Of a stretch of DNA of 51,545 nucleotides, positions 29,301 through 39,477 are shown in pieces. The first letter of the stretch is position 1. Each line of letters opens with the position of its first letter. Below the pieces are notes generated by a model. The model was not told the origin of the DNA. It saw only the letters and a list, made by a program, of their open reading frames with translations, and ran no database searches. The stretch lies in the sequence record MZ333132.1, one strand, 5' to 3'. The position numbers and the translations under genes were made by a program. The stretch is from Erwinia phage Snitter.

Positions 29301-29507
29301 TAATTCGTCATAACTCTTTTTCTGCTCAGCAATTTCCCTTGCTGTGTCTTTCGCATTGCGCTTTGCAACCTCAGCCGCATTGATGAAGTTATCGAATCCA
29401 TCAGCGGCGTTGTCGTTAGCCTTTTTCAGGTTGTTAAGCGATGTTACCGCCTTATCAACTTGAGAGATGTCAACGCCAAGCGAGATCCCAGCAAACTTAT
29501 CTGTCAT
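26355..29507 (-). CDS. Tape measure protein
   Basis: 1050 aa, long helical sequence, central hydrophobic segments, C-terminal [29 protein letters not shown]. Confidence 0.9.
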   Translation of the reverse strand: MTDKFAGISLGVDISQVDKAVTSLNNLKKANDNAADGFDNFINAAEVAKRNAKDTAREIAEQKKSYDELRRAIDPTVGKMQQLKDAATQLDAAWKRGVVPDDEFFRLGAVIESQSNALNKMKSALTAEGREAEVEAAAKRKATAEGNKFIESLKQQQAAIGKTSDEMKQMQADRLGVGTRASPILQSIKALQDEERAVKSEAAAKAKSQSDQQAFLRSLEMQVSTLNKTKGELLEMRAAQLGISEQAAPMISQLKAQAGGMRLAGISAGQYNQAMRMLPAQITDVATSLAGGMPIWLVAIQQGGQIKDSFGGVGNAAKVLTSFLNPMNVAIGVTVGLLAGMGIAAYSSYKKQSELNEAIVLTGRYSVQSSQQVLEMAQTIEGQTSATVSSIMGIATELVKSGKYTRDQIALITKTTAEWATVTGQSSGDVIGYFDKISKDPVKGLADLNEQFNFLEKGQLTYIDKLKKTQGQTAATTEATRLFADVMDKRLKEIADSATPLEKMWNDVKQWASSAWDTVGSRTLAAFNFITDIVAQLVDQISYTLRQGDIIIGDFMASAAAKLTKLPGGKKIFGDVAGDMKEQVEGFKKENDELLKIIDARNARIAKGESGYLKKNDAGGKSGPDSAVKDAVAKEAEGLAKTTKAKQVSVDQGNKILDQHNADIIALQTQLKVLKEHTSVNDKISQQRKTLWNDQAKIQVIEDAQKTRALTKDEKSILLNKDKILQMSEQKAVLGDQIVAQEQMNSRLDQANKFILQMAANQAKLDNASMGDKDQDRAAKEAQMLADWQAKGGQATDAAYLKMQAASDQYYAAEEQKRANWLAGASNAFENFGERATNIYQNVGEVVTASLNGMTDLLTSALTTGKANFADFASSIITMIIKMIMQMIIFNTLAAAFGGGGGASSNSSFSGGSYSNLSFANGGVVPDRKGFAAGGYTGGGGKYEPAGVVHGGEFVFTKEATQRIGTGNLYRMMRGYANGGVVGGGTSSSTTSNPAGSPSQFIFGDINVDVDNGNDPKGLQTGIRAIFEDMIQKSCSQGGAVFNYINANRK

Positions 29508-29547
29508 GGCTCATCCTCCATAAACGAAAAAAGCGCCACAATGGGCG

Positions 29548-30176
29548 CTATGATTTTTGCTTGCGCATAATTTGGAGTGCTTTGATTTCCATTATACGCA
29601 GGTCATTAAAGGTAGCTTCCTCGTCGTCTATTTTATAGAGTCTGAAGAGCATAGGCAACACATTATAATCAAGGCCATATGCGCCGACGCCACTAGAGCG
29701 CCACTGAGTTGCCATTGCGCAAAATACATCCCATGACTGATACATTGAATCATCGAAAATAACCTCTTCAATATCATCATCGTCATAGTCAGAAAGTGAA
29801 AGCCCGATAGCGTTAAGGTCTGCCTCTGTCGGCTCGGGCTTATAATAGAGATGTACGGCCCTGTTTAGTTTTTTACTCGCTGGCCCGCTAAGGCAGAGAT
29901 GTAGGTCGCAGTTAACGCGATCGTTGCGCTCGGGTAGAGAGCAATAAGCTCTTCAACGTTAGCGTCGTTGAATTCTTCTTCCAGATCCCAACCAGTGGCG
30001 ATCGACTTCATGAACACGTTATCTTTTACTTCGCCGTCATAAAGCTTTTGAACCTCTTCAGCCTTCATATGCTTGACGGTAAAGGTCAGCTTTGCCTCGT
30101 CACCGTTTGGCATGATGAATTTAACAGGAAGTTTGAAGTCAGGCAGTCGGCCCAGGGTAAGCTTGAATTTAGACAT
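29548..30176 (-). CDS. Tail assembly chaperone -1 frameshift product (GT-like), about 209 aa
   Basis: Slippery A_AAA_AAC ending at the G-like stop (29874..29868); the -1 frame is open from 29868 to 29548 and includes ORF 29548..29745. Confidence 0.8.
29865..30176 (-). CDS. Tail assembly chaperone (G-like), 103 aa
   Basis: MSKFKLTLGRLPDFKLPVKF; between tail tube and tape measure genes. Confidence 0.8.
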   Translation of the reverse strand: MSKFKLTLGRLPDFKLPVKFIMPNGDEAKLTFTVKHMKAEEVQKLYDGEVKDNVFMKSIATGWDLEEEFNDANVEELIALYPSATIALTATYISALAGQRVKN

Positions 30177-30248
30177 TTTGCGATCCTTGTTGTTTGGTGT
30201 TGGTGAATATTACACAATAAAAAAAAGGGGCGCAAGCCCCTTTATTGA

Positions 30249-30908
30249 TTACGCCGTTGCAACAGCCAGGCGGGTGAATTTACCTTTCAGGGCAAGTGCC
30301 AGGTTAACAGATTCCGCTTCGTTAACCACGGTGTTCGGTGCGTTGTTGAATGCTACGGACGCAACCCAATAACGAACTTCTTTGGCCTTCGGAACGATCA
30401 TGCGGAACACATGCAGATCGCCAGTCTCATCAGCCTCTTCAAAGATCGGATAAGTAGGGCTTTCGAAATCATCGCCTAAAGTATAGGTGATGGTTGTCGC
30501 TGACTTGAACGTTGGCAACTGCTCTTCGTTCTCTGATGCCAGGCACTGATAGTTGTAATACTGCTGCTCGCCACCGTCAATCGCAACTTCAAGTACGCAA
30601 GGCGTTTCAGTCCAGCCAGTGATCTTGATGAAGGTGGTAGCGACAACGCCAGCCGGGAACAGCAACAGATTGCTGGTGTTTACGCCTTCTACAGTGAAGT
30701 CCGTCTCTGTGCGAGCGGTTACGCGAACAACTCGGTTTTGCAACTTAGACCAGCCGGACTGAGTGATAAACAGGATGTCGCCAACAGCAACGTCGTTATC
30801 AGCCGAAGTAAACACCGGAGTTACGGCGTTAGTTGCCGTGGTTGCCAGAATAGGATCTTCATCGCGAAGTGTATCGATAAAGATCTGAGCGCCGTTTGGT
30901 AAATGCAT
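30249..30908 (-). CDS. Major tail protein
   Basis: 219 aa; position and tail-tube-like beta-rich sequence. Confidence 0.75.
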   Translation of the reverse strand: MHLPNGAQIFIDTLRDEDPILATTATNAVTPVFTSADNDVAVGDILFITQSGWSKLQNRVVRVTARTETDFTVEGVNTSNLLLFPAGVVATTFIKITGWTETPCVLEVAIDGGEQQYYNYQCLASENEEQLPTFKSATTITYTLGDDFESPTYPIFEEADETGDLHVFRMIVPKAKEVRYWVASVAFNNAPNTVVNEAESVNLALALKGKFTRLAVATA

Positions 30909-30919
30909 ATAAAACCCCT

Positions 30920-31315
30920 TTAAGATAAGTAGCTAAGCGCAAAACGAACGGGGATAAACCATCCTGTTTCGCTCTTCTGAATTGGGCGAACATCTCCGCC
31001 TGTAAAAATATATGATTGCCCGACAATTCTACCATCATAGCAGAATTCCGCAAGCTCTTTTGCCAGCGCCCCAGCCTTGTCGATTCCCGTATCTGGAGGG
31101 AACACGATCGAAACCTGAACCAAAGCCTTAAGGCTTCTGCATTTGCGGCTGAGGCCAACACTGAGCGTCTCGGCGGGAATAAAGTCATACTGAAGCCAAA
31201 TCCCAACCGGAGGTTCGAAAGGCACGTTAGGCACCGCAAGAGCGTAACGCTGAGCATTAAATTCAAACACCAGCGCCCTTGCATCCTTCTCCATATCATA
31301 TTGATCATATGCCAT
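30920..31315 (-). CDS. Tail terminator-like protein
   Basis: 131 aa, gene order. Confidence 0.6.
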   Translation of the reverse strand: MAYDQYDMEKDARALVFEFNAQRYALAVPNVPFEPPVGIWLQYDFIPAETLSVGLSRKCRSLKALVQVSIVFPPDTGIDKAGALAKELAEFCYDGRIVGQSYIFTGGDVRPIQKSETGWFIPVRFALSYLS

Positions 31316-31799
31316 TACCAGCCCTTCCTTTCTGTATGGCGTCCCTCATGTAGGTAGAGAGCCGCAAAGACACTATGCCCAACACGCCGAATGGAGCCTG
31401 TTTAGAATGGCCGTATTCAAGCGAGTTGGCATAAATAAGCATGTTGGAGAAGTACACGGTTTTAACCGCAATGCCGCTGCCAAATATGCTGCGAATAACA
31501 AGCGTCGCATCCTGAACGGTTGCCTTGCCGGATTTATCGTAAGCGTTCACGGCGAACATGGGAGCTTCGTTAAGCGTCACCTGCCAGTTAGCTCGATATC
31601 TTCCGGTATCAACTGGAGATCTGTCAACAAGATCCTGTATGACGTTTATGAGGAAGTTTATCGCAACCTCTTCAAGTCCTTTTTCAACGTTTTTAATCCA
31701 GTCGTCAACGTCTCCGCGATACCTCCTTACCTTCCAGTTATCAGCCATTTGGGATAGCCACCTGTCGAAGTATAGGGCGATAAGCGACAACTGTTTCAC
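31305..31799 (-). CDS. HK97-gp10-like/minor tail completion protein
   Basis: VINVIQDLVDRSPVDTGRYRANWQV motif. Confidence 0.75.
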   Translation of the reverse strand: MKQLSLIALYFDRWLSQMADNWKVRRYRGDVDDWIKNVEKGLEEVAINFLINVIQDLVDRSPVDTGRYRANWQVTLNEAPMFAVNAYDKSGKATVQDATLVIRSIFGSGIAVKTVYFSNMLIYANSLEYGHSKQAPFGVLGIVSLRLSTYMRDAIQKGRAGNGI

Positions 31800-32133
31800 C
31801 AGGCTTTATCTTGCGGTCATTAACAACCCGAAGGTGCTGACCATCGACAATTATCACCATCCCCTTTTTTATGTCAACGCCTCCAGCCTGGAATATTCCC
31901 CGCTTGTCTGTTGCAAGGATGCTCTCGCCGTCAACATAGCGCATTTGAATGTCGCGAATAACCCCAAAGACTTCTCCCATTACTGCCGGGGTGTCGATCT
32001 CTGATCCTGTTGCCGGGTCTATTGCAACACCCCCGCCGCTGATTATAACCTGGTATGTTGATTGCTCACCCTCAGCAAAGAATGATATTCCTTCGCTTGC
32101 CATAGCCCTGATCTCGTTGTAGTCCATCAGCAA
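31741..32133 (-). CDS. Head closure-like protein
   Basis: Gene order and size. Confidence 0.5.
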   Translation of the reverse strand: MLMDYNEIRAMASEGISFFAEGEQSTYQVIISGGGVAIDPATGSEIDTPAVMGEVFGVIRDIQMRYVDGESILATDKRGIFQAGGVDIKKGMVIIVDGQHLRVVNDRKIKPGETVVAYRPILRQVAIPNG

Positions 32134-32534
32134 CCCCTGTGAAGTCCGGTAATGATTCCAAACCCGCCGCCCTTCTTCTTCAGAAGGATTTCATACATCT
32201 TGCCCCAAGGGGTCTGACGGATTGACGATGTTTCACCGTTGATAGTGGCGAATGTTTGAGAGAATTCACCGCTCAGGGAGAATGATGCAACGCGCCTTGA
32301 GTATGACGCCAGATCGGTTCCCTGCTTAAATGCGCCATCAAGGAACATCAGGTGCAGGGTGTAAAGCGCCAGAGCTTGAGCATATTTGTCGCCAAAGCGA
32401 TCTTTGCACACAAACATTTCAGCAAGCGGAATCCACGCATCAAAGACGCCGGGATCTACATTCTTCAGCCCGCCAACAAGGCCTTTCATGATCGTTATAA
32501 CTTCCTGCTTTAGTTGCTCATCCATAAATTTCAC
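32127..32534 (-). CDS. DUF4054-type head-tail connector
   Basis: [33 protein letters not shown]. Confidence 0.65.
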   Translation of the reverse strand: MKFMDEQLKQEVITIMKGLVGGLKNVDPGVFDAWIPLAEMFVCKDRFGDKYAQALALYTLHLMFLDGAFKQGTDLASYSRRVASFSLSGEFSQTFATINGETSSIRQTPWGKMYEILLKKKGGGFGIITGLHRGC

Positions 32535-32573
32535 CTATTAAAAAGGGCGACTATAATTAGCCGCCCTTGTGGG

Positions 32574-32954
32574 TTAATCGGCCTTAGCGCCGTCTTTGCC
32601 ATCAGTTTCGCCTACATCAATTCCAGGTCGCGCCTTGCGCTTGATGCCGTCAATGAAGGACTTAGTTCTTGCGCTGTCGTCCTGGAACTCAACGATGCCA
32701 GCCACAAACAGATATTTCCATGCCTGAGATTTCAGGTCTTTTTCATCCAGGTAAACAACCGTGCCGGGAATCGCGTAAACATCACCGATTCGCACAGCGC
32801 CTTTACCTTTCACGACCACCGCGTTTTCGTTTTCAGTACCGATAACTTCAGCGATCTTGTTGGTTGCTTCTTCGTTCGCCAGCTCTTCTGCTGCGATCTG
32901 TGCTTTGGTTTGCTTAGTCATGTAAAGCTCCGTTAATGTTGTTAAAAAGGGCAC
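32574..32954 (-). CDS. Hypothetical structural-region protein
   Basis: Located between capsid and connector genes; likely shorter, starting MTKQTKAQIAAEE. Confidence 0.5.
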   Translation of the reverse strand: MPFLTTLTELYMTKQTKAQIAAEELANEEATNKIAEVIGTENENAVVVKGKGAVRIGDVYAIPGTVVYLDEKDLKSQAWKYLFVAGIVEFQDDSARTKSFIDGIKRKARPGIDVGETDGKDGAKAD

Positions 32955-32978
32955 TCAAATTAATGAGTGCCCATCTTA

Positions 32979-33923
32979 TTAGATACCGACCAGCATTGCA
33001 ATAGTCAGTGGGCGATAAACGATAAGTCCAGTCGCTTTAGAGGTGCAAGGCACTTTGAAGTGCAAGTCTTTCGGCTGCATAGGCAGCATGTTGAACGCTT
33101 CCGGAATCTCGATGGACATATTCATCTCATCTTTTTCGTAAGCCAACACAGCCTTGGTGCCTGCGCCGTCGATGTCTTCCAGCTCAGAGATAGAGCTGAA
33201 GGTAATGCCGTCGTTCTGAGTTTCAAACCACTGCAAATAGCTCATGGTTGTTTCCGGCATACGCTTAGCCAGAAGGCGGCGCTTGGACGGCGGCAACACG
33301 ATATGAGTTACTTTATGCAGACCATTGGTCAGAGACTCAACCGTATCGATCAGGCTTTCGATTTCGCCAGTAGCAACTTCAGGATCAGTTCCCCATGAAG
33401 CGGAAGTGATTCGGGTAATGCTTGGGTTTTCGAAAACGCTCAGGATGCGGTGTGGCTTGCTGCCACGGAACACCAGCTGGTTAACCAGAGTTTCATGAGC
33501 CTGGCGAGCCAAAGTAGATTTACGATCTGACAGTGAGCTTCCCAGCGCTTGGCCTGTTTTGATTTCGTCGATAGAGATCAACCACGCATTACCCAAGCGG
33601 AACACTTTGCCCGTTACAACATCAGACATCGCTTCTACAGTTGGCAGATCGTCAGTATAATCGCTGATGATTTTAGCCAGCGCAACGCCGTCATAGGTGT
33701 GATATTCGAAAACGGTGGTAGTTGGTGCCAGCTCTGAAGTTACCGGGAATAGAGCGAGAGCGGAAGTCTCAGGGTAAGCGGCTTCGTACTGACGCTTCAG
33801 GATCTGCTTCAACTGCTCAACAGTCCAGATCCCAAGCGCATCGGCTTTATCAACGCCAACGCCAAGCTTGCGCAATCCGTGAGTGATCTCATTGGTTTCG
33901 AATGAGTCAAGTTTCATCGTCAT
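32979..33923 (-). CDS. Major capsid protein (DUF2184-like)
   Basis: ALFPVTSELAPTTTVFEYHTYDGVALAKIISDYTDDLP; AAGGA SD places start at MTMKLDSFE. Confidence 0.85.
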   Translation of the reverse strand: MTMKLDSFETNEITHGLRKLGVGVDKADALGIWTVEQLKQILKRQYEAAYPETSALALFPVTSELAPTTTVFEYHTYDGVALAKIISDYTDDLPTVEAMSDVVTGKVFRLGNAWLISIDEIKTGQALGSSLSDRKSTLARQAHETLVNQLVFRGSKPHRILSVFENPSITRITSASWGTDPEVATGEIESLIDTVESLTNGLHKVTHIVLPPSKRRLLAKRMPETTMSYLQWFETQNDGITFSSISELEDIDGAGTKAVLAYEKDEMNMSIEIPEAFNMLPMQPKDLHFKVPCTSKATGLIVYRPLTIAMLVGI

Positions 33924-33966
33924 AACATGTTTCCTTTTTATAAAGTCGATTTGTGAACACAAACGA

Positions 33967-33995
33967 ATGATAGCACTTTTTGTTAATCGTGCAAA
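33967..33995 (-). promoter_or_regulatory. Sigma70-type extended -10 promoter for capsid, with dyad inside it
   Basis: Minus strand TTTGCA-N17-TATCAT with TGC preceding -10; dyad TAACAAAAAGTGCTA at 33971..33985. Confidence 0.6.
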
Positions 33996-34039
33996 CACTT
34001 TTTCGTGTATAAGAAAGGGCGCAAAGAGCGCCCTATCTA

Positions 34040-34564
34040 TTAAGCGATTACGCTTGCGCCAGACTGAACAAGCTGAATCTTCGCAAGGCGCTTGGTAGCG
34101 TCAAGCTTGTGAGCAACCAACTCTCCAGTAAAGCGATAAGCGGTGGTTGTGTCGCCAGCGGCGGCGGCTGCTAACTTCACGTCGCCAGTTGCGTTAACAA
34201 CAACAGCCGTGTCGAATGCTACCTGGGCGAGAGTTGTTGCAACGGGAACCTCAACCCAAACGCGACCGTGAGTCAGAACGTTTACCGCGCTGCCTTCATC
34301 ATACTGCCAATCCGGCGCGTGAGCCTGGGAGATAACCGCTACGCCCACGATCTTCAGTGCGCCAGAGTTAATCGGCGTTACACGCTTATAGAGACCTTCT
34401 GGATTATCAGTCGCTGAAGGAGCCAGAGCAAAAACAAACTTGCCAACCGGGACAACAACATCAGCGGCGCAAGCGCCATCAACGTTATAGAGAGAAGTGT
34501 CAGCAATCTGACCAGGCAAAGCCTTGTCGCGTAACACGGTGTAAGATGCGTCGATACGAGCCAT
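34040..34564 (-). CDS. Capsid decoration-like protein
   Basis: MARIDASYTVLRDKALPGQIADT; adjacent to capsid. Confidence 0.6.
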   Translation of the reverse strand: MARIDASYTVLRDKALPGQIADTSLYNVDGACAADVVVPVGKFVFALAPSATDNPEGLYKRVTPINSGALKIVGVAVISQAHAPDWQYDEGSAVNVLTHGRVWVEVPVATTLAQVAFDTAVVVNATGDVKLAAAAAGDTTTAYRFTGELVAHKLDATKRLAKIQLVQSGASVIA

Positions 34565-34614
34565 ATGTAAACCCCTTTGATATTTAGAAAGCGCCATTTC
34601 TGGCGCTGATTTAA

Positions 34615-35778
34615 TTACTTGCGAAAACGAGCCTGCGGGTTAGGAATTGCAACATCCTGCGCGGCATCGACTTTGATATCACCGGGCGATGTTTTGCCAG
34701 CGGCGCTAATGCGCTGAGATGCCATGTTATCACCATCCTTTGCAAAATCAAAGGCGGTATCAATATAAGCATCTTCTTTTTGAGAAACGTCGCGCCCGGT
34801 TGTTTCTTTGATGAAAGCAATCTTGATCGCTTTGCCATCAAGCCCATCGGTTTTAACGCCAGCCTCGGTAGCCAGCTTAACCAGCGCGGCGAAGGCTTCA
34901 CCGTCTGATTTCGATTTCTCAAGCTCAGACTTCAGCAGATCCGGGAATGAGTCAACCTTAGCCTTAAGCTCACCAACTTGGTGTTCAAAGCCATCAGCCT
35001 TAACCTGAGTTGATACTACCAGCGATTTCAGCGAGTTGATTTGCTTTGCAACTTCTGCGTCAACTTCAAACTCAGCATCGATGCCATCGAATTTGATTTT
35101 TACGGTCATAACTTTTCCTTTTTGGGATTGTTCGGGTTCGTGGTAATCATATGGGAATTCCTGAACCGAATCAAGATTTAATTTAGCAACACCAGCACGC
35201 CCACGGAAAACGAGCGCGATATGGTTTACACGGATCGTTGTTTGCAGAGCGTCGAACTCAACCCAGCCTTCTGACTGGTTCATTTCGTCAAACTTCTGCG
35301 TGGCGTTCTCGTCGTCCTTAAAGAAGTATTCGCCAGTTAACTCATTACCCCAACCAGGCCGTTCAATGTCGATGGACGTGTAACCGACAGAGATTTCAGA
35401 GGCGATCTTGCTCATCGCCTTCGTTACCGCGTTCTTATCGAAAATTGACAGAGGGCAGGCCAGGCCAACACCTTCGCCACCTTCAACATCATCCCAAACG
35501 CGATAAGGATGCCCGGTGGTTGAGCCAACTGCAACTTCTTTAGCGTTCTCGCTGTTTACGTTAACATGACCGACAGTTATAGGCTTTCCGACGTAAGTAG
35601 CCATTGAGTCGCCGTTGAATACTTCGCTGGCTGGCCTGAACTCTCGGCGCTCAGTTCCGTCAGGCAAATAGTAAACCTGAAGTCCAATTCTCGCAACGAT
35701 CGGGGTATCGATTAGATACCCGTTTGAGTCAACAGCCGCCTTAATTCGGTAGCTGTCCCATCTTTGCTTAGCTGTCAT
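34615..35778 (-). CDS. Head maturation protease/scaffold (DUF2213-like)
   Basis: GKPITVGHVNVNSENAKEVAVGSTTGHPY, KIASEISVGYTSIDIERPGWGNELTGEYF; charged C-terminal scaffold-like part. Confidence 0.8.
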   Translation of the reverse strand: MTAKQRWDSYRIKAAVDSNGYLIDTPIVARIGLQVYYLPDGTERREFRPASEVFNGDSMATYVGKPITVGHVNVNSENAKEVAVGSTTGHPYRVWDDVEGGEGVGLACPLSIFDKNAVTKAMSKIASEISVGYTSIDIERPGWGNELTGEYFFKDDENATQKFDEMNQSEGWVEFDALQTTIRVNHIALVFRGRAGVAKLNLDSVQEFPYDYHEPEQSQKGKVMTVKIKFDGIDAEFEVDAEVAKQINSLKSLVVSTQVKADGFEHQVGELKAKVDSFPDLLKSELEKSKSDGEAFAALVKLATEAGVKTDGLDGKAIKIAFIKETTGRDVSQKEDAYIDTAFDFAKDGDNMASQRISAAGKTSPGDIKVDAAQDVAIPNPQARFRK

Positions 35779-36541
35779 TTATTTGTTCCTTGTTGAAATA
35801 TGGTTGCGCCCAGCAACGACAGCCGTAAGGCTCCCCAGGGAAAACATGATCACTTAGCAGGCTGATTACTTTTCCTTCCCACTTCAAGTGTTGCAATCTT
35901 TCCCTTTCGTCAAGCATACCACGCCAGATAAAAGAAGTAACCCCTGATTCCTTAAGTCGCTCCATCATCAAGATGCTGTTGAAAGTTCCTACTATGTTTC
36001 TAGCCCGGTTCTTTGACCACGAAATCCAAACATCAGCCCTTCTGGCGATCGCCTCCTTTAGCTGGTCGTCAGTCTTTCCTTTCAGGTTCATGTCCCTTAC
36101 GGTTGTTGACCAGTCAGCGAGAATGGCGTCGCCAAGCTTCTTGACTGATGCGGATGATAAGGATTCCCATTGCAATCGCTTCTGATAAAACCAGGCTTCA
36201 GTCTGATTCGGGCCTAGCGTCTCAAGCAGCTTTACCGCTGGAACATCACCGCCGCCGTTATTCTTTGCTACCTCGATCCACTGATTAGAGTTGAAAATGT
36301 ATATCATCACTGACATCGGGCGAAGCGAGGCGATTATCAGCATTAGCAGCGTCAAAAGGTACTTGCTGAGATCGTCCTCTTCAGAGTTAATTTCATCATC
36401 AGTAGCGTCAAACTTCATCCTTGCAACACTTTCCTTTGCTCGCTTACCGAAGTCCTCAGCCATGCCGGACAAAGAGCGGCTCAATTGCCGCTCACTTGCT
36501 TCCGGGTAGCGCCATTGCTTAATTCGCTTGGCTACCTTCAT
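35768..36541 (-). CDS. Minor head protein, Mu F/SPP1 gp7-like
   Basis: HLKWEGKVISLLSDHVFPGEPYGCRCWAQPYF. Confidence 0.8.
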   Translation of the reverse strand: MKVAKRIKQWRYPEASERQLSRSLSGMAEDFGKRAKESVARMKFDATDDEINSEEDDLSKYLLTLLMLIIASLRPMSVMIYIFNSNQWIEVAKNNGGGDVPAVKLLETLGPNQTEAWFYQKRLQWESLSSASVKKLGDAILADWSTTVRDMNLKGKTDDQLKEAIARRADVWISWSKNRARNIVGTFNSILMMERLKESGVTSFIWRGMLDERERLQHLKWEGKVISLLSDHVFPGEPYGCRCWAQPYFNKEQINDS

Positions 36542-37850
36542 CCTCAGCTCCTTTCGCTTTATCAGGTGTTATGTCGTCATTTGCTCCGGGGTCGATCTCG
36601 GTGCTGTTTAGCATCGCGTTCTTGTCCGGCGCTCCATCCTTGATCTTGAACTTATCGCTCATTGCCTGCAAGGTGTTCCGCCCCTCATCCAGATCGATAA
36701 GCTGGCTATTAAGCGCGGATGATAGAGACTCGACGTTAAGCTTAAGCGTCTCGGCCTCTTCCTTGGCTGAAGGAGAAGACAGAGGCTCAAACCGGATCGA
36801 CCACTCTTCCTCAGTAACAATGAATGGAATTAACCACTCCAAAAGCGGCCTGTAATCCTCGCCACGGCGTCGATTTACCAGCTTATAAAACGTCTCAAGT
36901 GCTGTGTTCTGGCTTGAGCTAACGCCGCCAACGTTCTTGTTCTTGAGGATTATTTCATGAATGCCAGAGTAGCTGACAATGCGATCCATCTTTTTATCAA
37001 GGAACGCATCAACGCCGGAAATGTCTGAGTTTAAAACATCATACTCTTCATCGTCAGCGTCAATGCCGATCGCCCTGCCAACACCGCTGTTATCATCAAC
37101 CTGAGCAAGCCTGATTCGCGCAACATACTCGCCTTCATTGTCGTCACAAAGCAGAGCCAGACCTTTTGCCTTCCACACAGCCTGTTGCTTACGTCTCAGT
37201 AATTGAGTTGCAAGCTCTTCGCAATAGTTGTAATCGTTGATCGCGTGAATCAATCGCGGGCTTAAAACGCTTGCACCCCAACCGCCATTTCGCAACCTGT
37301 ATTGCTCTGTAGATCGCTTTCCGTCGATAATGTGGCATCGCGTATAGTGAACAACGTACTCAGGCATTGAGTTGCCTGGCGAGATTCGATAGGAAATTGG
37401 CTCTCCGAATCTGCTTTGTCTCGGGTTGGTTTCACGCGCCTCAATCTGTACTTTAGTTCGATCGTAAACCCGAACGGACTCAAGCAATGCGCCAGGTCTG
37501 ACCGGGGAAGATAGCGCCCTGTTATCTCGAATGATTGCAACGATGATAGAACCCCCGAAAAGCTCACCCCAGGCAAAGGCGCATATAAGCTTCTCGTTAA
37601 GATTCATTCCGTCCCAAACGGACTTAAATGCCTTCTCATCCTTAACACCGTCCAGACCAAAGCCAGGCGTAACCATCTCTTCCGGCACCACGTCAACAAT
37701 CTTGCGGGCGATGGGATCATGCATGTACATGTATTCGGCGGTTGAAGAAAGCGCATCAGTCATTCCTTTTGTCTGCGCCCCCTTAAACGTATCGTTATAT
37801 GAATCAGCCTTTGCCTCTGCTTCGGCCTTCTTACTCTTCTTCGTAGCCAT
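36519..37850 (-). CDS. Portal protein (DUF1073-like)
   Basis: DPIARKIVDVVPEEM, ELFGGSIIVAI, RMDRIVSYSGIHEIILKNKNVGG. Confidence 0.85.
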   Translation of the reverse strand: MATKKSKKAEAEAKADSYNDTFKGAQTKGMTDALSSTAEYMYMHDPIARKIVDVVPEEMVTPGFGLDGVKDEKAFKSVWDGMNLNEKLICAFAWGELFGGSIIVAIIRDNRALSSPVRPGALLESVRVYDRTKVQIEARETNPRQSRFGEPISYRISPGNSMPEYVVHYTRCHIIDGKRSTEQYRLRNGGWGASVLSPRLIHAINDYNYCEELATQLLRRKQQAVWKAKGLALLCDDNEGEYVARIRLAQVDDNSGVGRAIGIDADDEEYDVLNSDISGVDAFLDKKMDRIVSYSGIHEIILKNKNVGGVSSSQNTALETFYKLVNRRRGEDYRPLLEWLIPFIVTEEEWSIRFEPLSSPSAKEEAETLKLNVESLSSALNSQLIDLDEGRNTLQAMSDKFKIKDGAPDKNAMLNSTEIDPGANDDITPDKAKGAEDEGSQAN

Positions 37851-37905
37851 CCGTTAAACCTCCAATAAAAAAGGGCTGAAATAATCCAGCCCTATAGTAA
37901 CACTT

Positions 37906-39468
37906 TTATTTTACACCTGCTAACCGTTTCATTCTCTCTATAGGATCATCATGAATATTAAGCTCAAGGTTACATGCGTCGATCGTGTTATCAACGATAT
38001 CGTCAAACGGGTGCGTGTCGTCGTATGTAAACGCTGAGTGCTCGGTAACGAAGTCGTTCATGAAAGGGTGATCGCTTGGAAGAACCACGCGCCCCGCCTT
38101 TATTACTGGCATTGCATCCATCGCGCGAGTTACTTTGTCCTTGTTTCTCTGAACTGCCGTTATTTTCACTGGGGATGATTTCTCACTCTCCTGGATTAAA
38201 CCGGTTCCGCTGGCCTTGTCCTCTATGTAGATCTTGCGCAAAACCCCGCAATACTTGTTGGATGCCCAGCACTTTTTAACGAACCTGTCAAAGTTTTTCT
38301 TAAGGTCTGGCGCTGTCCACTTGCCGCGAATGGCATCGATAAAATAGATCTTGTCACCCTTGCGGCCCCATTCGATGAATACCGAATAGTCGTTTAACTC
38401 GCCTGTCTTCTGAGCGGTATCCCCAGTGATAAATCTGTAATCAAACCTACCCGGATCAACCTCATCGTCGTCTGCTCCGCTTCCGTAATATTTCCACCAG
38501 CTCTCACTGAAGACGTTACCGCCAAGGGCGAAAGGTCGCTGTTGGTACTGAGATTCGAAAGTGTAAGGGTCAGCCTCTCGCAACGCCATAAGATCATGCA
38601 CTGACTCTTTAGCAGGCCAAAAGGAATAGTGCTTTACGCCGTCGATCTCAACGTAGTCAGACGATAGAACGTCGCTAACAAAGTGGGGCTTTAACCAGTC
38701 AGGGAGCGAGTCTCCATATTCAGCCGTTACCAGCGCTGGAATAGATATCTGGTCGAACTCCATACCCATGCCACCGGACATCATAAACCAGGTAGAGTCC
38801 TGAGAGTGAAGCCGTTGCTGTATCGCAATTATAGGCGTCTGGTTGTTCATGCGTCGAGATCGGATCGTGTTCTTCAGCAGGGAGTGAGATCTCTCTCTCT
38901 TCACCTTTGAAAACATGTCGTCCGGCTTGTCGATGTCGTCAAGCATGACCATCCCGCTAAATCCTTCAGTCATATAGCCGCCACGAGATCCGGTAATCTG
39001 ACCGCCAGCCGCCTTGCTTATCAGCTCCATCCAGATTTTTCCGTCCTTATTCAAAACCTGCAATTCATCATCCTTGCTGGTTCCAAACTTGCAGGGCCAG
39101 GTTTCCTGCCACTCAGGCGACGTAAGGATCTCCCTTACTCGCTTTGAGTTTCGCTTTACTAGCGTATCAGCAAACGAAACGTTTAGGTTCCTCACCTTTG
39201 GCAACTTTATTTGCGCATATGGCGGAAGGTGGATAGAGAATATTTCCGTCTTACCAGAGCCAGGCGTTACGTTGAAGATTGTGTTATGCCTAACTCCCTC
39301 AAGGATTTCCTCAACGCATCGGCATAGGTAAAGGTGGTGCCAGTTAGGCTGGAATTTCTGAGCCTGGATTAGCTGGAACCAGATCCTGATAAACTTCTCA
39401 AATGAGGCTTCGCTCAAACCCTTTATAGCAAGCTTTTGCTCAGCGGAAAGCTCTTCCCAAATAAGCAT
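37906..39468 (-). CDS. terL: Terminase large subunit
   Basis: FNVTPGSGKTEIFS, GMVMLDDIDKP, nuclease region FITGDTAQKTGELNDYSVFIEWG. Confidence 0.9.
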   Translation of the reverse strand: MLIWEELSAEQKLAIKGLSEASFEKFIRIWFQLIQAQKFQPNWHHLYLCRCVEEILEGVRHNTIFNVTPGSGKTEIFSIHLPPYAQIKLPKVRNLNVSFADTLVKRNSKRVREILTSPEWQETWPCKFGTSKDDELQVLNKDGKIWMELISKAAGGQITGSRGGYMTEGFSGMVMLDDIDKPDDMFSKVKRERSHSLLKNTIRSRRMNNQTPIIAIQQRLHSQDSTWFMMSGGMGMEFDQISIPALVTAEYGDSLPDWLKPHFVSDVLSSDYVEIDGVKHYSFWPAKESVHDLMALREADPYTFESQYQQRPFALGGNVFSESWWKYYGSGADDDEVDPGRFDYRFITGDTAQKTGELNDYSVFIEWGRKGDKIYFIDAIRGKWTAPDLKKNFDRFVKKCWASNKYCGVLRKIYIEDKASGTGLIQESEKSSPVKITAVQRNKDKVTRAMDAMPVIKAGRVVLPSDHPFMNDFVTEHSAFTYDDTHPFDDIVDNTIDACNLELNIHDDPIERMKRLAGVK

Positions 39469-39477
39469 GATATCCCC

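Noticed and set aside
29548-29745. Separate 65-aa gene in the tail region.
   Set aside because: The slippery sequence and continuous -1 frame upstream of its Met indicate it is the C-terminal part of a frameshift product.
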